Shown: one piece after another, positions 57,124 through 64,000 of the stretch
Layout of the letters: each line of letters starts with the position of its first letter
Position numbering within the stretch: position 1 is the first letter of the stretch
Assembly (NCBI GenBank): GCA_002697535.1
Contig: NZWE01000008.1
Span: forward strand, 5,796-69,795
DNA: 64,000 nucleotides
Direction of reading: 5' to 3'
Origin: Actinomycetota bacterium
GTDB lineage: Bacteria > Margulisbacteria > Marinamargulisbacteria > GCA-2716485 > GCA-002719695
Program-made: the position numbers and the translations under genes
Notes under the pieces: model-generated
What the model was told of the DNA's origin: nothing
The model's database searches: none
Seen by the model: the letters and a program-made list of their open reading frames with translations, nothing else

Positions 57124-60100
57124 ATGTTCCATCGACTAACCCCTCCTTCATCACCAACGCCTCCCTCATCACGATCACCAACCCCAACAACAACTCCTCG
57201 AGTATCACGACCAACAAGCCCAAATCCGACTTCTCCACCAGCACAACTACCACCCCCCCTTCCAAATCCATTACCAGATCAGCAATCAACGTCAATAAAC
57301 CATCCTGCTAAACCAACTAAAAAAGCTTTAGAAGAAACACGTGATACTGAGCTGCTCGATATTAATGAAAAAATACAAATCTGTCTTAACTTGATACCTA
57401 ATAGGTGTGAGGAGGATATTTTGTATATCAACAAGCATGGCCTTAGTTACTGCCAATCTAATAAAGATGAACTTGATAAACTTACACCAGAGGACTTATT
57501 ATTTGATTTTCTTTTCCAAAGACGTAACCACATGCTGAAAACACTCTTAACCTATAAGGACTATAAAACCTGCGAAGACCATTTTAATATGGCTATTTTA
57601 AAACTTAAACAGCAGGAATTTGATCATAAAATTTTTAATCAAGAAATATCTACTATTTTTAATATTCATTATGATATTTATAACAAATATAAATCTACTG
57701 CTTATATCCGAAAATTATTCGAGCGATTACTAGAGGCTGTTAACGTACACAAAAATGAATGGGATAGTCTATTTATAACTGTAGAAAAAAAATTTTTTTT
57801 GACAGAGACTCTAAAATTGAATTTTAAAGAGTTTTTTTCTTTAGACTACCTATCTCGGTTTTCTAACGACTCGCCTGATTTCAACCCATTTCCTCCTGAT
57901 TCATCTAAATTTATGCCTCTTAACTTAATCCATGTTTTGTTTTGTTTATCTCTAAATTTACGCCCCCTTCTAGTAGAATCACCAAAGGAAGATACTGCAA
58001 TACCGTTTCGTACAATTATTCCTCGTGCCATTAATCCTGATATAAACTTAGCTCAATATTTGGAGGATGATAAAACATATATTATGGTACAAGCACGTGC
58101 ACGAACAAACCTTGATTCGAAAATAGCTTTTCTCAAAAACCTCAATCAATTTACTGAAGAACTATTACAGCATTTGACTTACAAAGCATTATCAACAGAT
58201 CTCATCGGCACAGCATCTGAACAGTTTCATATAAAAATACTTTCCATCTTCTCTGAACAGATTGAACACTCTTTTTACTCATGGCTATCTTCATTTGCTT
58301 ATGAAGTCTCTAATAACGCTGAATATAGTAAAGATCTTCAACACGTTAAAGCACTTATACCTCACTCATTTAACAGACTTAAAAAGGAATTAGAGATTTT
58401 TGATCTTATGGATTTCTTACGTAACTATCGAGATCATGAAGAAATAATTTCACGCTATACAGAATTGCTAGGATATCCGTTCAAATCTCTAGATAATATT
58501 GAAACTTATCTACATTGCTTAGACGTAGATACTAACTCTAATTTTCAACTTATTATAACCCTTCATGATGTTACGTCCTTCTATTTTGATAAACCTCGAG
58601 GTTCAATAACATTTTTCTTAGATTATATTGTAACATTTATTGATTCTGCTACGACTTTTGAAGTATTTCAGGGTCGCCTTAATCAACTTCAACACCCTAA
58701 GTACAAACTTACACAAGACAATCTAGCTGAATTTCATGGTCTCAAACAAGACTTATTACAACGTATTGATGACACTTCTGATCCTAAGGAAAATAATACT
58801 AAGGAAGCTAAATCTTATATCAAAAGTTTGCAAGAATTTGGCATTTTTACGTTTGAATTAGAAAGCGATGTACAAGAACCCAACTCTAAAACTACCTTTC
58901 TTAAACAACTGACTATATTTTATGAAACCAAAAAAACACTTTTAGAAAAATACAAGAATCATCATGATATCAAATTATGTCAATTTTTAACCCAATCTCT
59001 TGATGACTTGAACAATTTAGATCAAATAATTCAAAATCAAAACGATCTTTTACGAGAAGAAGCAGCAGAATCTTCTAATACACATCAACAGAAGAAAAGA
59101 CCTAAAAAAAAGAATCACTCTAAACCCAAATCCCCCAAAACAGATGTACCTAAATTAACACCACCTTCATCTTTAATATCAGAACGGGACACTATAACGA
59201 CAAATTGGAAAAAAGCTAAAGAACAGTTACAAACAATTGCGAAAAAGAATGATTCCTTATTACAATTAGAATCTTTTGGTAATATTTTTGCTAAGATTCA
59301 ACATTTAAAGAAAGATGATTTAAAATCACAAGGTATTGACCCTCAGGTTCTACAAGAAGAAACAGAAAAAATTAACGCGCTCTCTAATGAATTTGACTTA
59401 GCTATTAATAAACATCTGTATACCGAGTTTTATAACCAGCTAAACCAATTTATTTCATCATTTTCGAGCCCTTACTTTAAGCCGACTGTTATTGTTAACC
59501 AATTACTACTTGATGATACTATTTACAATCCCCCAAAAATGATTTCGGATCTAGCAAAAACCCCTGAATCTCAAAAAGAAATAAAAATATGTATGACCAT
59601 CCTTAATCCTCTTTCTGCTAAAACTAAGATAATACTTCCCTTACTGACCCAGTATTATGAATCTTATACTATGATGAAAGATAGTAAACTCAACTTAGTC
59701 ACAAAAGGCTTTAAGGAATCGGAAATCGACACCTATATTTCACAGTCATTTAATTCTGACTTAACCTCCCCTGATCTCAATCAGGATCTTTTAATTAAAA
59801 ATACGCAACTACTAGGTTCTATTAATTCTCACTTTCAAAAGATTTGTGAGTATTTTGATTCTAATCAAAAAATTTATGCTCAACTTAACAATAACATTAG
59901 TAGGCTTTCAAGCTTAAACTTTGATGGCAAGGCCATTGCTAACACATTGTGTCACTCATTAGACCCTTCACAATCCCTTTCAGATTTAGACCCATCATCA
60001 CTAAATGGGATTGATTTGTTCTTAAATAGCGAACAATTATTAAAAAAAACATCCCTATTAACTCAGCTTAATAGTAAACTTGATAACGACGTTGCGCTTT

Positions 60101-60690
60101 TTAAAAAATATCAATTTATTTATAAGGCATTTAATATATTTATTTCTTCTAATGAACTTTTACATGAGTCTATCAAAGTTTCTTCTAAAAAGACCATTTT
60201 AACTCAACAACTACGCTCTCAAGCTTATTATAAAAGATTTGACATAAGCACCCTTGAGGACCTTAAAACACCACAAGAAATACTTAAACTTACTGTAAAT
60301 ATCAATGAATTAGAGAAGCTATTTAAAGCTGTCAAAACACAATACTTTTCTCAAGCTTCTACATTCATGATTCAATCATGTAGAGAAATATTGATCCACT
60401 GCAGAAATGTTCAATATGATCCAGCAAAACAAACTATTCTTAAATCTCAAATGCCAACTATCCATCCATCCACAAATCTTCTTATCGATAAAGACAAAGA
60501 CTTACGTTGGTTATTATATAAATCTAGCAACCTTTTATCTCAATTTTTGCATAAGCTTGATACACTCATTATTGAAGACACCTTGACTTTAACACAAATA
60601 AACAATGAATATGAAAAATTAATAAAACAAAGCAATCCTCTTATCAAATTTCAAGAAAAGCCGCTAACACCAAAAACTACAAGAAAATAA
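57124..60690 (+). CDS. giant hypothetical protein (1188 aa) with a proline-rich N-terminus; effector-like
   Basis: A 3.5-kb uninterrupted ORF in AT-rich DNA. The N-terminal 60 aa are P/S/T-rich (PPSSPTPPSSRSPTPTTTP...LPPPLPNPLP). Internal basic cluster QQKKRPKKKNHSKPKSPK. The rest is predicted helical or coiled. No family recognised. Confidence 0.7.
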   Translation: MFHRLTPPSSPTPPSSRSPTPTTTPRVSRPTSPNPTSPPAQLPPPLPNPLPDQQSTSINHPAKPTKKALEETRDTELLDINEKIQICLNLIPNRCEEDILYINKHGLSYCQSNKDELDKLTPEDLLFDFLFQRRNHMLKTLLTYKDYKTCEDHFNMAILKLKQQEFDHKIFNQEISTIFNIHYDIYNKYKSTAYIRKLFERLLEAVNVHKNEWDSLFITVEKKFFLTETLKLNFKEFFSLDYLSRFSNDSPDFNPFPPDSSKFMPLNLIHVLFCLSLNLRPLLVESPKEDTAIPFRTIIPRAINPDINLAQYLEDDKTYIMVQARARTNLDSKIAFLKNLNQFTEELLQHLTYKALSTDLIGTASEQFHIKILSIFSEQIEHSFYSWLSSFAYEVSNNAEYSKDLQHVKALIPHSFNRLKKELEIFDLMDFLRNYRDHEEIISRYTELLGYPFKSLDNIETYLHCLDVDTNSNFQLIITLHDVTSFYFDKPRGSITFFLDYIVTFIDSATTFEVFQGRLNQLQHPKYKLTQDNLAEFHGLKQDLLQRIDDTSDPKENNTKEAKSYIKSLQEFGIFTFELESDVQEPNSKTTFLKQLTIFYETKKTLLEKYKNHHDIKLCQFLTQSLDDLNNLDQIIQNQNDLLREEAAESSNTHQQKKRPKKKNHSKPKSPKTDVPKLTPPSSLISERDTITTNWKKAKEQLQTIAKKNDSLLQLESFGNIFAKIQHLKKDDLKSQGIDPQVLQEETEKINALSNEFDLAINKHLYTEFYNQLNQFISSFSSPYFKPTVIVNQLLLDDTIYNPPKMISDLAKTPESQKEIKICMTILNPLSAKTKIILPLLTQYYESYTMMKDSKLNLVTKGFKESEIDTYISQSFNSDLTSPDLNQDLLIKNTQLLGSINSHFQKICEYFDSNQKIYAQLNNNISRLSSLNFDGKAIANTLCHSLDPSQSLSDLDPSSLNGIDLFLNSEQLLKKTSLLTQLNSKLDNDVALFKKYQFIYKAFNIFISSNELLHESIKVSSKKTILTQQLRSQAYYKRFDISTLEDLKTPQEILKLTVNINELEKLFKAVKTQYFSQASTFMIQSCREILIHCRNVQYDPAKQTILKSQMPTIHPSTNLLIDKDKDLRWLLYKSSNLLSQFLHKLDTLIIEDTLTLTQINNEYEKLIKQSNPLIKFQEKPLTPKTTRK

Positions 60691-60753
60691 AAATCGATAG
60701 CAAAGCAACCATAAGCCAAACAACAGCAAAAGCTAAGCATTACTCCTAAATGG

Positions 60754-60926
60754 TCACTTTTTATAGTTAAACCCTTAACCCTAATCATCAACTCATCTTT
60801 TTTCTTAAAAATCTCTTCTATCTTTTCATCCTTACAAAAGTTCTAGATTATTTATTAAAAATCATACATAATATCTTTTTATTTATTAAAAATTTATACA
60901 AAAAAAACAACAAACACTCATTAATC
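60754..60926 (+). repeat. upstream-region repeat, copy 2 (5' region of giant ORF 2)
   Basis: See copy 1. The 3' ~85 nt are the best conserved. Confidence 0.8.
60844..60872 (+). promoter_or_regulatory. candidate promoter (second copy)
   Basis: TAGATT, a 17-nt spacer, then CATAAT, as at 57042-57070. Confidence 0.35.
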
Positions 60927-63900
60927 ATGATCCGATCATTCTCTCCATCTTCCACCTGCCCCACCCACTCCAGAATAAGTATACATCGTACTTTTTTTCC
61001 ACCGATTCCTCATGACTATTTACAGGATCTTCAACATGCCAACTCTTCGCTAAACGATCGATATCATTTTAAGAATCTTTCTACGGAATATACTTTGAAT
61101 AGCGCATTGCCAATCTCTCCACCTTATTTGCATCCAGATGATACGAATCCTTGTTCTTCTAAAGTGGTAGATTGCTATAACAAATTAAAAAAACTTGATC
61201 GATCAACACCCTGTTTAACACGAAAATTAGATTTTTATTTTATTTATCTTCATACTAAGCCTAAATATAAAACCTATTTACTAGATGTTCTTGATAAAAA
61301 ACAGGCCTCTATAACAATCCAAGACTTAACAACCTTCTTTTTAAAATCGAGACGTCTGCACGATGCCTATGAATTATTACCTTTTGCTGATCTTGATACC
61401 CTTGCATTAAAACTTGATCAGGCTTTACGTTTACCTGAAAATGCCCCATATCCAAACCATCTTTTTGACAAGCAGTTTTCTTTATTTGAACTTCCTAAGC
61501 CTAAGTCTAAGTCAACTTCTGAATTCAACTCTATTGCCGAAACTTTATATAGACAACTCCAGCAAGATATTCCTAAGTTAAAAGATACTTGGTTAAATCA
61601 CTATTACAATGCTTTTCCAGAAACACAAAATTCTAAACTTCTTGAAGAATGTAAAAAACTTATTCCCACTTCTTTTGTAGTTCAACTAGATTCTTCTATG
61701 TCCTCCTTAAACAATTTCATCCGTACTATATCAAGACTTCGTATGTATCTTCATCCTATGCTTCATCAGAGCTTTCCTGAGGAACGTGTCATAAAGCGAT
61801 TTAATAGTCTAATAGATGATACGAAAGACAAGAAACATGCTACTTTAAACTCTTACTTACAATTTATTACTCTAACATACCTATCTTCTAACCAAACTAA
61901 AGAACAAATAAAATTATATGATACTTTTTTTGAGCAGCTTCATAAAATTTTAATTGGCAAAGCGATAACACAAAAAGATTTTTTTTCCTCAGAACTATTT
62001 AAGCTTGTTATCCCAGAAGATGTTCAACATGCCGTCCAGACTTGGTTATATTCATGTTATCACGATCTTAAATTACAACGTGAAAAAACTCCACTCGAAG
62101 ATCAACTAATAACTATTAAATCCTCCTTTACTTTGCTACTAGAAACTTTGGAATTCTTTTACATTAACACTACAATAAATCCACCTGATGACAGTTTTAC
62201 CTCCTTATTCATTAACACAATGATAAACAATAATTCAAATAAAGACTCAATTAAAAGAATTTTAACACCTATTATCAAGTCCTCTGACAATCCTCAATCA
62301 TTATCATTTCAGGATATTAAAAACACTCTATCAACTTTGTATAATTGCCATCACTTACCTTCTACTATGGTTCGATCTACAATTTGCAAATCTAGCGCAA
62401 CTTTATTAGAGTTCCAACACGCGCATGATCAATTAAATACTCTATTTGAGAATAGACAAGGTAGCTTTAGTTTTATTTTAGAAGCCTATCTTACCCCTAT
62501 CTTCTCATCAGATAATTATGACCTTATATTAGATAATCTATCAAAATTAGTTAAACCAATTGAAATACAAGATAAGGATTCTATTTTAGAATTTCATCGT
62601 AAAAAAGATACAGCATTATCTTTTTCTGAAAATAATATACGCGAGATTATCTCTTCTTTACAATCTGAAATTAAGATGGACGATACTACAGCCTCTTTAC
62701 AAGCTGAAAATAACATACGCGAGATTATCCCTTCTTTACAATCTGAAATTAAGATGGACGAGACTACAGCCTCTTTACAAGCTGCAATTAAGATGTACGA
62801 GACTATTGCCTCTTTACAATACAACTCGTTACATCATTTTCCGTTAGATGAATTTATTAAATTTCATACTCTTAAAGAATCTCTTCCAATAACGTTTCCT
62901 GATAGACCCTCAATCCTAGATAAGACTAATTTTATTGATATTTTTACTCAGAAAAAGATTGATGAATGGGAAGCGGAAATAAAAATAGATAGCTGTATTA
63001 ACTTATTAGAGTTTTCAAATTCTTTAAACGAAACACAAAAAGAAAAGATGAAGCAGTGGGACACAGATAAGAAAATTTTGAAACAAGAGGGAGTCCAATA
63101 TTATCTCGATCATTATGATACACTTGCTAATTTAAATCGAGATGAATTACTTACACAGTTATTATATTATCCTCGTATTTATAACATAAACAGTATTTTA
63201 CCCCTATCCGAATATGTTAAGTTTAAAAAAGATTTAAAATTAATCATTGATTGCATAAAAAAAGACCAATTATATGATAACCTTGATATTTTTAAAAAGC
63301 CTTATATTACTCTTATAGATTGCCCTCATACTCTTTATGATAATGTTACAAAAAAAGAAAAATTAGATTTAATCTTTCTTAATGTCTATGAACTGCTAGA
63401 AAAGAAAATCACTAAATCACAAAATGAATTTAATGCCTTATTGGAAACGTTATCCAAAAAAACTAATTTACCTGATTTATTAAAAAAACAATGTAAGCAG
63501 TTTCTGACTCATATATCGTTATCAGCACTTTCATTTAAAAGCTCTGACCTTTCTCAAACTAATTTATTAAACCTCCAATTTCAGGTTCTAATGCTTATAT
63601 CTGGTAAAATCCGTCCCATTCTTACCTCCGGTTTTAGTAAAGAAATCGATTATGATCATCCTGTCACCTCTGATCCTCCCCCTGCCCTTAAGGCTTTTAA
63701 TGCTATTTGGTCAGATTTGGTACCACAGGCTCTTTGTTGTCAAAATCCTGATCAATTTTTAAAAAAATATAATGATTTTATCGATAAGCTTTGCAAACAT
63801 ATCTTTACAGAAATTACAAAACATAATCAGTTTTCTTTATTATTAAATAAAATGATTTTTCCGATATCATTAATAACCACACCTTTTATTTCGTTGCTAT

Positions 63901-64000
63901 CGTATATTGAATATGAATTTTGTAACCAATCATCTTCTGATTTTACTAAAGATCAATACTTAGAATCATTTAATAGATCCTTTCAATTATTACAAAAAAA
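60927..64000 (+). CDS. second giant hypothetical protein, 5' part (>1024 codons, continues past the window); probable divergent paralogue of 57124..60690
   Basis: Not in the ORF track because no stop codon is reached. I translated from the ATG at 60927 (MIRSFSPSSTCPTHSRISIH...) to base 64000 and met no stop. S/P/T-rich N-terminus and a shared upstream repeat. Confidence 0.7.
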   Translation, partial: MIRSFSPSSTCPTHSRISIHRTFFPPIPHDYLQDLQHANSSLNDRYHFKNLSTEYTLNSALPISPPYLHPDDTNPCSSKVVDCYNKLKKLDRSTPCLTRKLDFYFIYLHTKPKYKTYLLDVLDKKQASITIQDLTTFFLKSRRLHDAYELLPFADLDTLALKLDQALRLPENAPYPNHLFDKQFSLFELPKPKSKSTSEFNSIAETLYRQLQQDIPKLKDTWLNHYYNAFPETQNSKLLEECKKLIPTSFVVQLDSSMSSLNNFIRTISRLRMYLHPMLHQSFPEERVIKRFNSLIDDTKDKKHATLNSYLQFITLTYLSSNQTKEQIKLYDTFFEQLHKILIGKAITQKDFFSSELFKLVIPEDVQHAVQTWLYSCYHDLKLQREKTPLEDQLITIKSSFTLLLETLEFFYINTTINPPDDSFTSLFINTMINNNSNKDSIKRILTPIIKSSDNPQSLSFQDIKNTLSTLYNCHHLPSTMVRSTICKSSATLLEFQHAHDQLNTLFENRQGSFSFILEAYLTPIFSSDNYDLILDNLSKLVKPIEIQDKDSILEFHRKKDTALSFSENNIREIISSLQSEIKMDDTTASLQAENNIREIIPSLQSEIKMDETTASLQAAIKMYETIASLQYNSLHHFPLDEFIKFHTLKESLPITFPDRPSILDKTNFIDIFTQKKIDEWEAEIKIDSCINLLEFSNSLNETQKEKMKQWDTDKKILKQEGVQYYLDHYDTLANLNRDELLTQLLYYPRIYNINSILPLSEYVKFKKDLKLIIDCIKKDQLYDNLDIFKKPYITLIDCPHTLYDNVTKKEKLDLIFLNVYELLEKKITKSQNEFNALLETLSKKTNLPDLLKKQCKQFLTHISLSALSFKSSDLSQTNLLNLQFQVLMLISGKIRPILTSGFSKEIDYDHPVTSDPPPALKAFNAIWSDLVPQALCCQNPDQFLKKYNDFIDKLCKHIFTEITKHNQFSLLLNKMIFPISLITTPFISLLSYIEYEFCNQSSSDFTKDQYLESFNRSFQLLQK
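62628..62819 (+). repeat. in-frame 78-bp tandem repeat (2 full copies plus a 36-bp partial) inside giant ORF 2
   Basis: Units at 62628-62705 and 62706-62783 each encode ENN IREII(S/P)SLQSEIKMD(D/E)TTASLQA and differ at a few bases. 62784-62819 repeats the AIKMYETIASLQ portion. Confidence 0.9.

Noticed and set aside
62628-62819. Possible CRISPR-like repeat array
   Set aside because: The repeats are directly adjacent with no spacers. The 78-bp unit is a multiple of three and lies in frame within a long CDS. No cas genes are in the window.
62594-62824. 76-aa minus-strand ORF (MYCKEAIVSYILIAACKEAVVSS...) with an internally repetitive sequence
   Set aside because: It lies antisense to the 78-bp tandem repeat inside the long plus-strand ORF that I translated from 60927. 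Its repetitiveness simply mirrors that repeat. The plus-strand frame is open for more than 3 kb.
1-64000. rRNA, tRNA, transposase/integrase, prophage, toxin-antitoxin, restriction-modification or other known defence-system genes
   Set aside because: No intergenic gap contains tRNA-like conserved boxes such as GTTCGAATC. No ORF shows recombinase, nuclease/helicase defence or phage structural motifs that I can recognise. A covariance-model or HMM scan would be needed to be definitive.

Overview
This is a visibly AT-rich, gene-dense bacterial chromosomal window; I did not compute GC content. Many start and stop codons overlap, which suggests translational coupling. The organism has a two-membrane envelope, shown by LptD, an LptF/G permease, Lnt, heptose-nucleotide synthesis (split hldE), ExbB/ExbD/TonB and flagellar L/P rings.

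Content in order:
- miaA, then pgpH-ybeY-dgkA-corC, then a 774-aa orphan, then an RlmD-type methyltransferase.
- A metal/redox neighbourhood: a Fur-family regulator with a long N-terminal extension, an NqrM-like mini-protein, an FTR1 permease, NDH-2, a P19-like periplasmic iron protein and a porin-like barrel.
- apbE plus a complete nqrABCDEF operon, then rlmN and a LOG/PpnN-like protein.
- An exbB-exbD-tonB operon that continues into two uncharacterised envelope proteins and holB, then rpsU.
- An envelope-biogenesis cluster: lptF/G, a TPR protein, lptD, a lipoprotein and lnt.
- A 14-gene flagellar basal-body cluster on the minus strand: fliK-like, flhB-C-like, flgF, flgG, flgA, flgH, flgI, flgJ-N-like, fliA, flgB, flgC, fliE, fliF and a short fliG-like gene.
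- pabC-pabB-lepA, then hldA/hldC and an MBL-fold hydrolase.
- Two tandem giant ORFs with duplicated upstream regions. The second runs off the window and is missing from the ORF track.

I recognised no rRNA, tRNA, CRISPR array, transposase, integrase or known defence system.

Best leads:
1. Rod proteins FlgB, FlgC and FlgF carry Sec-signal-like hydrophobic N-termini, and the FliG-like protein lacks the torque domain. Together these suggest a remodelled, possibly non-rotary basal-body complex.
2. A five-gene module arranged like Tol-Pal, with an SLH-domain protein in the Pal position.
3. Tandem giant proline-rich, effector-like paralogues, plus a small protein with an IQ-motif-like segment and a proline-rich tail.
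4. An NqrA that keeps both complete ferredoxin-type cysteine motifs.

All functional calls come from motif recognition by eye. No searches were run.
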